A DNA stretch of 64,000 nt from a virus, in the IMG/VR virus record IMGVR_UViG_3300037346_000668, positions 1-64,000 of that record; one strand, given 5' to 3'. Positions 27,588 to 36,754 of this stretch are shown in pieces. Position 1 is the first letter of the stretch. Every line of letters begins with the position of its first letter. The notes under the pieces are model-generated. The model made no database searches. It saw only the letters and a list, made by a program, of their open reading frames with translations, and was not told the DNA's origin. Position numbers and translations under genes: made by a program.

Positions 27588-29627
27588 CTATTCTTGATTA
27601 TTTTTTTCTATATTCTGAAAAATTTCACATTCGGCTATAAGATCAGAATCTACAAAAGTAAGATCTTGATTCTCTTTAATACCTGTTCCTCTCTGTGAAT
27701 CTATCAATGAATTATAAACATTTGCAACCGCTTGTGGCACAAGTTTTTTAAATCCAGTATAGTCTTCAGAATCTATTTTTTTCCTAATGTCACTTCCACT
27801 GGAAGATCTCTTAGTTTGAATTATTTTTATATCATCAGGAAAATCCCCTCCTGCTTTCTTAAGGTATTCAACTTGCTTATTATAATCCTCTATCCTATCA
27901 TCACCAGCACCTATTACTTTAGGAAGAAATCCATATTCCTTAGCCTTTCCGTAAATAGGACCAAGTAATCCCCGATTAACTATAAAATAACCAGATATTT
28001 TACCAGGATTATCTCTAACTATTCCTTCCATATATCTCGATATTAATTTTTCATCATATGGTGATTTGCCAGATTTGTTATGTCCATGATGGACAACAGC
28101 TATTATGCTAGGAAGATCGTTTTCCTTATATAATTGATCAACCATCTTAAGGTGGCCATTATGGAAAGGCTGGAATCTACCAACTAATAAATTAACAGGC
28201 TCCAATTTTTTTACGTCATCGGAAGAGTCCTCTTTTATTTCCTTTGTCTTATCTTTCTTTGTGGTATCTATAGTTTCTAATGTTGATATAAACTCATTAT
28301 AGGAATAGAACGGATCGTCAACATCATCAGAGGTGTCATCCAAATTTTCGGATTCAACTGTAACATAATCTATTTTCTTCGAGGATATATTACTTTTCTT
28401 AAAATCCATGAAAGATGGGATAGATTCGGATTCTTGTATAGCTGGCTTAATCTCCTTGGCAACAACACCCTCTATATCACTTACCACTATATTAAATTGA
28501 TCTATTATACCAGCAGTTATTATTCCGCTAGCTCTTTTTCTTATTTTTCTAAATGAGTTAAGCATAAGCTTAAAAAGTGATTCATAAGAATCATCGGTAT
28601 CCAAATACTTAAGTACTCTTTTATCCTTTATCATGTTCAAATTCAATCTGAACTCATCCTTTTTTAAATAATCAGGTTCCTGAAAATCAGCACCTCTATA
28701 TTTATATGCGTATTCTCCAAGGAATTTAACAAAAACGTCGGACATGAAGGAGATATATCTTTCATCGTCGCTATCACCGGCAACGTTAAATGACTCAACA
28801 CCTTCCTCGAGAATATAATTCATTATATCCATTATAGTTAGACCCAGAAAATCGCTAGGCTTTTCCTCAGATCTTTTACTATATTTCTCCTTGGCCATCT
28901 CAGTAAAAACTGGATCAACCATTTTGGATAATATTGGTTCCTTACCATTATCTTCCTCACCAAATCTAAAAACTATTCCTTCTATCGGCTTATCAAGGTC
29001 ATTGTTAAGTGCACTTGTTTTTGAGGAAGGATTAAGAACACCTATTATGTACCTAACAAAGCTCTTTGTCTTATACTCAGCAACCAGCTGATCGAATGGT
29101 GTTCTTAGAAAATCCAATATTTGATTCTTCTGATCATCAGTTAGCATGCCCTGAAATACTATAGGTGGTCTTTCGACACCCAGAAGATCCGCCCAATTAT
29201 TTAATTGTTCCTGATCCTGTATTGTTGATGAGGGGCTTCCGTTTTCGTTCTTTGTATGGATATATGATAATATTAGATTATTCTTAGGTAATCTATCATA
29301 AGCAATCTCAACCGGTTGGTTGTTTGAAAAATACTCAAGACCAAATCTCCAACCCCTAGGTATATCATTAAGAATATGTGGTGGGAGTGACTCTATATAG
29401 TTTATCGGCTTTTCGTAATATTTCATAAGAGTACGATCAACAAGAGTTATTGGGTATCTTTGATCTCTTTTATAAAAATTAAATCTACCAGTTTCAGGGT
29501 CTCTTTCAAAAACAAAAGCAGAGCCATCCATTTTTTCATTAATGGTCACATAAGAGTTAAAGAGATTATCAATAAAATCTTTACCTTTTTTGTTATAAAT
29601 ATCATATAAATGACTAATTCCTGCCAT
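27588..29627 (-). CDS. Fusion: Rnl2-like ligase/adenylyltransferase domain + HxGH (NMNAT/cytidylyltransferase-like) domain
   Basis: Ligase motifs I EKMDG, III GLEYF, IV EGIVFR, V KMVDPVFTE; acidic linker; GRFQPFHNGH, GDDR, SSGSDIRK. Confidence 0.75.
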   Translation of the reverse strand: MAGISHLYDIYNKKGKDFIDNLFNSYVTINEKMDGSAFVFERDPETGRFNFYKRDQRYPITLVDRTLMKYYEKPINYIESLPPHILNDIPRGWRFGLEYFSNNQPVEIAYDRLPKNNLILSYIHTKNENGSPSSTIQDQEQLNNWADLLGVERPPIVFQGMLTDDQKNQILDFLRTPFDQLVAEYKTKSFVRYIIGVLNPSSKTSALNNDLDKPIEGIVFRFGEEDNGKEPILSKMVDPVFTEMAKEKYSKRSEEKPSDFLGLTIMDIMNYILEEGVESFNVAGDSDDERYISFMSDVFVKFLGEYAYKYRGADFQEPDYLKKDEFRLNLNMIKDKRVLKYLDTDDSYESLFKLMLNSFRKIRKRASGIITAGIIDQFNIVVSDIEGVVAKEIKPAIQESESIPSFMDFKKSNISSKKIDYVTVESENLDDTSDDVDDPFYSYNEFISTLETIDTTKKDKTKEIKEDSSDDVKKLEPVNLLVGRFQPFHNGHLKMVDQLYKENDLPSIIAVVHHGHNKSGKSPYDEKLISRYMEGIVRDNPGKISGYFIVNRGLLGPIYGKAKEYGFLPKVIGAGDDRIEDYNKQVEYLKKAGGDFPDDIKIIQTKRSSSGSDIRKKIDSEDYTGFKKLVPQAVANVYNSLIDSQRGTGIKENQDLTFVDSDLIAECEIFQNIEKNNQE

Positions 29628-29650
29628 AAGTAGCTTTTTTTTAATGTTTA

Positions 29651-30583
29651 TTATTGTATTCTATTAATCTCAGTAGGTATTTCTAGTCCAACCCTTTGCA
29701 AAAATTCCAAAAATCTTTCCTTTATTTCTGGTAACTTATCACTTAATTCGAAATCTGACGACATTATTACAGAAAACAGTTGTTCAAAGGTTTTAACATC
29801 GTCTATATTATAACCAGGGCCTAGTGCAAAATTAATAAATTCCTGAGGATTATTAGTAACAAATCTCTCACTTCCTTCTATTTTTTTAGGATTTTTCAAT
29901 CTATCTTTGATTTTTCCCCTGTATGATTTTGTATGCCAATATAAACCATCACTTAAAATAAGGACTGGTGTATTATAATCTAATACCTCGCCTGTATCAC
30001 CAAGCTCAATTATTTCCTTTCTTGAAGATAATATGGCTGCTAATAGCCAATTTCTATGAGCTGATTTATATTTGCTTTCCCTTATTTTGTAATTTGGTGA
30101 ATAGTATATAAAATCTGCCCATTTCATATCTGATAGAGGTATAAGATCAAGCTGAACTATACCTTTATCTATATTACCATCTATTGGCCACCCAATACTA
30201 ACTATATTAAGTCCCTTCAAATAATTTATTTCAGGTCGGAACCCTATAATATCACCAAGATCATTTTTTATCTTATCGTATATAAATCCAGAGCATTCCT
30301 TCATTGTTATGCCATTAGTGTCAGAATACCATTTAGCATCATAGCCAATATCAAGATCACCAGAGGTATCATCAGGATTTTCTTTTTTTCCTATACTTCC
30401 TATTATCACATATTGATCATTGATTCTCGATTGATCTATACCAAGAATCGGAAAAAGCTTTTCTTTTATCGATAATAGGGTTCCTGGAAATTCATCCTCA
30501 CGTATTCGTCTAGATGTTTTTATTGCGGATCCTCCCTCAAACAAGGCTTTAAAATTAGAAAAATTAAGGATACCATTACCCAT
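29651..30583 (-). CDS. Pol-beta superfamily nucleotidyltransferase with capsid-targeting-like N-terminus
   Basis: IGSIGKK...SGDLDI...VQLDL catalytic triad; N-terminal ILNFSNFKALFEGG. Confidence 0.75.
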   Translation of the reverse strand: MGNGILNFSNFKALFEGGSAIKTSRRIREDEFPGTLLSIKEKLFPILGIDQSRINDQYVIIGSIGKKENPDDTSGDLDIGYDAKWYSDTNGITMKECSGFIYDKIKNDLGDIIGFRPEINYLKGLNIVSIGWPIDGNIDKGIVQLDLIPLSDMKWADFIYYSPNYKIRESKYKSAHRNWLLAAILSSRKEIIELGDTGEVLDYNTPVLILSDGLYWHTKSYRGKIKDRLKNPKKIEGSERFVTNNPQEFINFALGPGYNIDDVKTFEQLFSVIMSSDFELSDKLPEIKERFLEFLQRVGLEIPTEINRIQ

Positions 30584-31134
30584 TATGCTCTCTTTTTTGT
30601 TTTTTTATAGTAGGTACCCATTATATCTTTAAGATAATCCCTATAAATTTCTTGCTCCTTATCCTTAGGGTTCTGTGGGGTAAAATCATCACCGAAGTAT
30701 TTTTTACCTCTAAGGACACCCGATTTATAAAATTCCTCAGCATCACCATCAGTAACTCTTCTATTTTCTATATGCTCACCCTCCCACTTTTTGATTATCT
30801 CATCTTTTCTTCTCTTTATCTCTTCCTTATCAAGATCCTTCCACGATTTAGTTTCTTCGCCTGGCGAAAGAAAATCTATAAAAGCAGCAGCTCCCTTAGT
30901 AAGTCCCTTAACTGCTAAACCTATAACGCTAGAAGCACTCTTTATGGTTGACATATTAGGGTCAGCGTCTGTATAATAACTACTATATCCGCCGTCTCCA
31001 ATACCTATATTATTTCCTATTCTTCTAAGCCATCTCGAGAATGAAGTTTTACCCTCCGCTTCGAGATAGTCAGAATTGCGATAGGATTCCTGAATTTTAT
31101 AATTATTAAATTCATCAAAAGATTTTATTGTCAT
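30583..31134 (-). CDS. Hypothetical protein with capsid-targeting-like N-terminus
   Basis: 183 aa; MTIKSFDEFNNYKIQES; GATATATA at 31153-31160; amphipathic segment VIGLAVKGLTKGAAAFIDFL. Confidence 0.65.
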   Translation of the reverse strand: MTIKSFDEFNNYKIQESYRNSDYLEAEGKTSFSRWLRRIGNNIGIGDGGYSSYYTDADPNMSTIKSASSVIGLAVKGLTKGAAAFIDFLSPGEETKSWKDLDKEEIKRRKDEIIKKWEGEHIENRRVTDGDAEEFYKSGVLRGKKYFGDDFTPQNPKDKEQEIYRDYLKDIMGTYYKKTKKRA

Positions 31135-31171
31135 TAGTCGAAAATGTTTTTCTATATATCCTTAATATAAA

Positions 31172-32713
31172 TTAAAGTTTAACGCTATATATTTTATATT
31201 CGAATCCTTCCTTCTTATAAATCTCTATCCTCTCGATGCTATGTTTTGCCAAATAGCTTTTATATTTTTTGGTACTGAAGTCATCAACAAAATCTATAAC
31301 ATTAACCTTCTCCTTACCTTCCATCTTACGCATACCCCTACCCAAACTTTGTTTTATTAAAATCTCACTCTTGTAGGATTCAACAAGAAATATATTATGC
31401 AAATTGTTTATTGATATACCAGTTGAGAATGTTCCGTATGTCGCAATTAGAACCTTATTAGAGCCAATCGACATTCTTCTCTTATATTCCTCTCTTAATG
31501 CCTCACTAGTGTCACCATCAACATAAAACACCTCTCTATCGCCATTTAATTCTCTCAAAAGGTTCCATATCTGTTTACCATATTCCTCTTTAACAGACTG
31601 GAATAAGACAAGTGAATTTTTTGAGGTTTTGTTTATAAAATCAGTAACATAGTTTAATCTTTTTTTGCTTTCTATAACTAGCTTTCTCTCAAGATTGTAT
31701 ATCTCGTTACCTTCCACGTTATTATCACTTAATTTAAGATCAGCTAGTTTTTCCTTATATATAGGATCAAGCCAATCCATAGTAACGACCTTTATAGAAA
31801 CAGGTGTAGCATATCCATTATCGAAAAGAAAACTAGGGGGTATCTCCATAACAAGGGGGCCAAGAAATTGCTGTATAGTTAAATAATCTGCAGTTCCTCT
31901 TTTAGTTAATGTTCCTGTTAATCCAAATCTCCATTTAGAGTGCATACATTGGGCAACTATCTTTTTTATCGATGTGCTATTAGTGTGATGTGCTTCATCT
32001 ATAAATACACAATCCACTTCCTCGAAAAAATCAGATTCTCTTTTAACCAAAGATTGGTATGTGCCTATTATTATATCACACCCATCCTTTATTTTACTTC
32101 CCCCTCCAATTTGCTGTATCTTAACACCATCAAGTTTATCAAGTCCATACTCCTCAAAATCATCATTACCCTGAAATACAAGATTGGAATTAGGAACGAT
32201 CATAAGTATCTTTCTTACCATCCCCCTTGATTTTAAATAAGCAAATATCATAAACGATATGAGGGTTTTGCCTGATGAAGTTGCAACCTCAGAAACAGAA
32301 TATCTATATCTTAGTATCTTCCATGCTGTTTCTATCTGATAATCCCTAGGCATCTTGTCAGGATTTCCTCCTATACCTCCTTCGAAAAATTCATTAACCC
32401 ACACAGTAAACTCGTCTAATTTAACATCATCAGTTATGACTTCATTTAGGCCTTCTATATTAATATCAATTTTATACTTTTCACCTATATCTAGTAGCTC
32501 TCGCCAGAGACCTATTGGTACCTTCCAAAATCCACCTCTCTTCTCTATAAAACATATAGATCCATCCCAGATTTTTTTCTTCACGAGAGGATGGAAAAAA
32601 TGATTATGTATCTTCTGTGTCAAAGAAATTTCAACTTGTTTTTTCTCCACCTCGTCGGCTGCTTCTAATAAAAGCATCCACTGTTGGTCGTCAGTTACTC
32701 TAAATTTTAACAT
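31172..32713 (-). CDS. uvsW: UvsW SF2 helicase
   Basis: WDGSI, PRDYQ, ATSSGKT, DEAH, GLTGT, FSTGISI, QSLGRGMR. Confidence 0.93.
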   Translation of the reverse strand: MLKFRVTDDQQWMLLLEAADEVEKKQVEISLTQKIHNHFFHPLVKKKIWDGSICFIEKRGGFWKVPIGLWRELLDIGEKYKIDINIEGLNEVITDDVKLDEFTVWVNEFFEGGIGGNPDKMPRDYQIETAWKILRYRYSVSEVATSSGKTLISFMIFAYLKSRGMVRKILMIVPNSNLVFQGNDDFEEYGLDKLDGVKIQQIGGGSKIKDGCDIIIGTYQSLVKRESDFFEEVDCVFIDEAHHTNSTSIKKIVAQCMHSKWRFGLTGTLTKRGTADYLTIQQFLGPLVMEIPPSFLFDNGYATPVSIKVVTMDWLDPIYKEKLADLKLSDNNVEGNEIYNLERKLVIESKKRLNYVTDFINKTSKNSLVLFQSVKEEYGKQIWNLLRELNGDREVFYVDGDTSEALREEYKRRMSIGSNKVLIATYGTFSTGISINNLHNIFLVESYKSEILIKQSLGRGMRKMEGKEKVNVIDFVDDFSTKKYKSYLAKHSIERIEIYKKEGFEYKIYSVKL

Positions 32714-32722
32714 TATATAATT

Positions 32723-33166
32723 TTATTTTACAGTAGAACCCCTTAAGTAGTCCTCCAGTGATATTCTTTGTCTGACACCATATAACATATGATCAACAGT
32801 TTGTATTGTTTGGTCTATAAATTTTCTATGATTCTCAACAAGCTCAGTTTTTTCAGATATCTCGATTAGATCCCCTTCTATTAGAATCATTTTTTCCGTT
32901 GCCCCGTATCTGACATTCATTTGCTCTGAATACTCCCTCATTTTCCTAGCTTTATCTGACTTATATTTAGAATTAAGCTTAGACACTATACCAGCTAATT
33001 TATAGCTATATTCCAAAAGTACCTGTCTATAACTAAACATATCTACCTGTGCTTTAGCTAATGTTTTTATATCCTTCATATTAAGAGAAAGAACTTGTAT
33101 CTTTTCTTTCCATTCTTCCCTCTCGGTTTCGAAAACTTTTACGAAATCGGTTTTTTGTTCAGCCAT
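32723..33166 (-). CDS. uvsY: Probable UvsY recombination mediator
   Basis: 147 aa helical protein adjacent to uvsW; IEGD..I and C-terminal RISLEDYLRG. Confidence 0.6.
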   Translation of the reverse strand: MAEQKTDFVKVFETEREEWKEKIQVLSLNMKDIKTLAKAQVDMFSYRQVLLEYSYKLAGIVSKLNSKYKSDKARKMREYSEQMNVRYGATEKMILIEGDLIEISEKTELVENHRKFIDQTIQTVDHMLYGVRQRISLEDYLRGSTVK

Positions 33167-33167
33167 A

Positions 33168-33413
33168 TTAAAATAATTTTGGTTTGTTTTTTGTACCTCT
33201 TTTTTTAGGAAGATCTAATACTTTAATTTCATTTTTATTCTTGGGACTCTGCTTAACCTTTGGCTCATTTATCTTTGGATCCGAAAAATCCAAATTTACA
33301 TGTAGATCATCGTCGCCAGAAACCACAATAGGGAATTTTATTTTGGACTCTTGATTTCTACTTATCTCGCTTTCCCAGTCCTCTATTAGATTTTGTTGAT
33401 CAATCTTAGTCAT
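33168..33413 (-). CDS. Hypothetical protein
   Basis: Start reassigned to MTKIDQQ, overlapping the primase stop. Confidence 0.5.
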   Translation of the reverse strand: MTKIDQQNLIEDWESEISRNQESKIKFPIVVSGDDDLHVNLDFSDPKINEPKVKQSPKNKNEIKVLDLPKKRGTKNKPKLF

Positions 33414-34470
33414 TAATAAAATATCTGAGGTCAAGTACATCATTTGTAAAATAATTATCAAGTCTTTTAACTTTCTTTCCTGTTGCTCTTAGATGTATAA
33501 CGAGATCATTCAAATCCCATTTCCTATTCTTTGTTATTCCGTTATCCTCCAGAAATTTACCCCAATTAAAAACAGTTTCGCCCTTACTTAATAAATCCAT
33601 ACTCTTTCCAATTCCTGCTTTATCCCAGTCATAAAAATATTTCTTATTCTCCACATCAAATGGAAATCTATTTTCTAGTGAACAGAGACCAACGGAATTT
33701 GGCCAAAAAAATGAATCCATGGGCCCTTCAAAAACGGTTATATCATTAGAGAAATCAAGATTACCAATTCCAAAAACATTTGATATCGGATCCACATCCC
33801 TAGCTCTATCAAGGAATTCTTGATCCTTAACGTTAAGCAGCTTCTCGTATATTCCACTAAGTTTATACGTTAGGTATTTTGAACTACCCTTTATTGATTG
33901 CATATTTCTAACCTGCAATCCAATTATTTTCTCATCCGGAGTTAGATTAAATAAGAAAAGCCTCTCCTTTTTTGGATCCCATGCAAACTTTATATCAGGT
34001 TTTTGATGTCTCCTTGTTACATATCTATGTATGGAAGAACCAAACACCTCCTGCAATCTGAGCTTCTGCATAAAATCAGATCTTAATATAAGCAGATCAC
34101 TTATATCATTATCAAAAAAATAGCTTATATCTATTTTACCTATTGCAGATCTTCTCTTTGTTTTATTTGTATCTATTATTGATCTTAATTCCTCCCTTTC
34201 GTCTCCATTGAACTTTCCATAAACTGAAAAATCTCTGAAAAATGAAATTGAATCCTTATAGATACCACATCCACCATTGTAACATTTGTATGCTAGAGTA
34301 TCCATATAGAAGTTACCCCTTTTTTTTCTAGCGTCATTCGAATCTCCACAATAAGGACACGAGAAATTCAAACGATTACCCGCTTTATAAACTATTTGTT
34401 TATTAGGGTCTCTAGCAAATTCCTTTGCTAATACCTCTCTTACTGTTCTTTCGATTTTTTCTAGCTGCAT
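33406..34470 (-). CDS. gp61: DNA primase (gp61-like)
   Basis: NFSCPYCGDS..KKRG..YKCYNGGC zinc finger; KYLT; TOPRIM FEGPMDS, DWD, WDLND. Confidence 0.88.
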   Translation of the reverse strand: MQLEKIERTVREVLAKEFARDPNKQIVYKAGNRLNFSCPYCGDSNDARKKRGNFYMDTLAYKCYNGGCGIYKDSISFFRDFSVYGKFNGDEREELRSIIDTNKTKRRSAIGKIDISYFFDNDISDLLILRSDFMQKLRLQEVFGSSIHRYVTRRHQKPDIKFAWDPKKERLFLFNLTPDEKIIGLQVRNMQSIKGSSKYLTYKLSGIYEKLLNVKDQEFLDRARDVDPISNVFGIGNLDFSNDITVFEGPMDSFFWPNSVGLCSLENRFPFDVENKKYFYDWDKAGIGKSMDLLSKGETVFNWGKFLEDNGITKNRKWDLNDLVIHLRATGKKVKRLDNYFTNDVLDLRYFIND

Positions 34471-34482
34471 CTTTATATAATA

Positions 34483-34516
34483 AAAAAGGACAACCCTTCT
34501 AAGGAGATGTCCCTTT
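34483..34516 (-). terminator. Probable terminator after the SSB gene
   Basis: Imperfect stem GGACA..CCTT/AAGG..TGTCC with T-run on minus strand. Confidence 0.55.
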
Positions 34517-34527
34517 ATTTTTAATTA

Positions 34528-35517
34528 TTATAGGTCGCTATAAAGATCCTCTAATGAATTTGTTGCACTAGGTGTGCTTGGGGAAGAAGCTGTAGCTGTA
34601 TTCTCGTATCCACTTACCTTAGTATTACTAACCTCATTATAAAGATTATTAGATGGATTGCTTGTTTGCGAAGCTTGTTGGCTCGGAGCAGGTCTAGAAG
34701 CCTGTGGTGCTGGTCTAGACGGAGCTGATGCTGAGCTACCAATGATTTCATTAAGAACTCTTTGCTCCGGTACGCTGTTTCTGATTACATTCATGATCTT
34801 ATCAGTAAGATCATCGTCCCAATCTTTATAATCAAAGCTTGTTAGATTCTTAGGTACTGCGTTTAAATATGAAAGAATAACCTCCATATCTTTCTGATTC
34901 TTCTCCATCGATTTACCATCAACTTTGATCGAAGTTTTCTCTCCCACAAAAGAGCATAAATCATAGTTATTCCACTCGCCAACTTTTCTTACACTTACTG
35001 AAAATTCCCTACCCTCGAAAAGATCGAAAGGATTGCACGGAGCTCCGTATTCTGGTTGTAGTTGTGCCTCGATCATATCATTAAGCTTTTTACCAAACTT
35101 AAAGATCATAACCTTTCCTTCCAATTCCGGTTTATTCTTATCCTGTACAATCTGAACAAGAGAATAGAAATCTTCCTTTCTTGCGAAGTTTTTAGATAAC
35201 TCCTGGTCAGCAGCAGAATGTGAATTTTTAAGTTTCCAGAATAAATCCTTTAATATTGATTTTTTACCAACAGTCGAAGGACAATCTGCAGAAAACCCAT
35301 CACCACTTACTGGATCTTTTAAATACACATAATATTTATGTATTTTTGATTTTGCTGGATTCTCTGGATTTGGCAGGAATCTAATTAATGATTTATAAAC
35401 TCCATCCTTACCATCTTCCGGGTATGGCTTATAAAAATCATCCTTGTCCCCACCTGTTGTTGGAACTTTTGTTACGAATGCCTCTGCATCCAAATTGAAA
35501 ATGTCTAAATTACTCAT
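34528..35517 (-). CDS. gp32: Single-stranded DNA-binding protein (gp32-like)
   Basis: IRFLP, EGKVMIFKFGKK, NPFDLFEG, NYD, low-complexity linker, acidic end LEDLYSDL. Confidence 0.88.
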   Translation of the reverse strand: MSNLDIFNLDAEAFVTKVPTTGGDKDDFYKPYPEDGKDGVYKSLIRFLPNPENPAKSKIHKYYVYLKDPVSGDGFSADCPSTVGKKSILKDLFWKLKNSHSAADQELSKNFARKEDFYSLVQIVQDKNKPELEGKVMIFKFGKKLNDMIEAQLQPEYGAPCNPFDLFEGREFSVSVRKVGEWNNYDLCSFVGEKTSIKVDGKSMEKNQKDMEVILSYLNAVPKNLTSFDYKDWDDDLTDKIMNVIRNSVPEQRVLNEIIGSSASAPSRPAPQASRPAPSQQASQTSNPSNNLYNEVSNTKVSGYENTATASSPSTPSATNSLEDLYSDL

Positions 35518-35528
35518 CTTTCTTAAAT

Positions 35529-35562
35529 TTTTTTAATTTGTTTTTTAATTTGTTTTTTAATT
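35529..35562 (-). repeat. A-rich 12-nt tandem repeat in the gp32 leader
   Basis: Plus strand TTTTTTAATTTG x2 plus a partial third copy. Confidence 0.6.
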
Positions 35563-35763
35563 CTTTAAATTTTACTTCCATTTTTACTTTTGTTTCCTCT
35601 AATCTTATAATATTACATTTTTTTTATTTTTATTGACCTATTTCTTTAATACCGTACACTAAAATAACACACGAATATATTTATTGTGTGTTATGTTGTA
35701 TATGTTAAAATTGTGATTGTATGTTCTATGAATTGGGTAGACCCTGATAAGGTCACAAGAAAA

Positions 35764-36480
35764 TTACACCAATTTCTTTGTAGTCTTTTTACTTTTAGAT
35801 TTCCCTTTAATAACTTCATTATTTCCTCTTAATTCCTCTTTTAAATACAAATTAATCCAAGTTGAATCAACAACATCGTCTATTGGCTTATTTATTGCCT
35901 TAGCTCCTGTTATCCATTCGTTTTTATTCTCTTCTAATATCTTACAGAATACATTTAAGTTTGTTTCATTCTCCCTTAAATTATATAATGCGTGGTATAA
36001 TTCATCCTTCTTAAATGTCCCCTTACCAGCAAATTTTTTAATTGTTGTTGGCGAAAAGACATAAAAATTTTCACTACCTATTTTTTCTATTATTCTCTCT
36101 CTTAAAAGCGCCGTTGCCATAGATATATCAACAAGTGAATTACCATTTGAAGAAAAACTTAGACCCTCCATTGCTACGTAAAATGTATCATCCCCCATAA
36201 CATCCAGGATAGAGCTCCAAAGTAATTCAACTATTTCTAGGAAATAACCCATTTTTTCCCTTTCCTTTGCAGAATATTCATCAGAAAATTCCTGCTTCCC
36301 TAATATTTTAATAATAAAATTATCATCAGAATCAAGTATAAAATATGGTTTTTTCTTATTTTTCAATAACGATTCAAATGTTCTATCAGATCTAGAAATT
36401 GATCCCCACACATATCTATTATTTTTCAAACAACAGAAAGAAGGGGAATTTAGTGAAAAATCGATTCCGACTAAATTCAT
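35764..36480 (-). CDS. RuvC-like Holliday junction resolvase
   Basis: GIDFSLNSP, MEGLSF, PTTIKKFAGKG..KD, DDVVDS. Confidence 0.8.
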   Translation of the reverse strand: MNLVGIDFSLNSPSFCCLKNNRYVWGSISRSDRTFESLLKNKKKPYFILDSDDNFIIKILGKQEFSDEYSAKEREKMGYFLEIVELLWSSILDVMGDDTFYVAMEGLSFSSNGNSLVDISMATALLRERIIEKIGSENFYVFSPTTIKKFAGKGTFKKDELYHALYNLRENETNLNVFCKILEENKNEWITGAKAINKPIDDVVDSTWINLYLKEELRGNNEVIKGKSKSKKTTKKLV

Positions 36481-36490
36481 ATATTTAACT

Positions 36491-36727
36491 TTACTGGTTA
36501 ATATCCTGTTTTTGTCCGGTCGAACCGGTTGTTCCGTAAACCTTAGCTAGTTTACTAAAGCATGACTTAACCTGCTCTTCACTAAGACAATCTATAATAT
36601 CATCTAAAACTCTTCTATCGTTACCACAAGCAGCAATTAATAGATTTTTCATATGATCTTTTTCACTATATAGTGGTTGTCCGTATTTTGCCTCGTTTAC
36701 CTCTTTTAAATTTGAGAATGTTTTCAT
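36491..36727 (-). CDS. Hypothetical protein with capsid-targeting-like N-terminus
   Basis: 78 aa; MKTFSNLKEVNEA; GATATATA at 36748-36755. Confidence 0.65.
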   Translation of the reverse strand: MKTFSNLKEVNEAKYGQPLYSEKDHMKNLLIAACGNDRRVLDDIIDCLSEEQVKSCFSKLAKVYGTTGSTGQKQDINQ

Positions 36728-36754
36728 TTTTAATTTGTTTGTTTAAGTATATAT

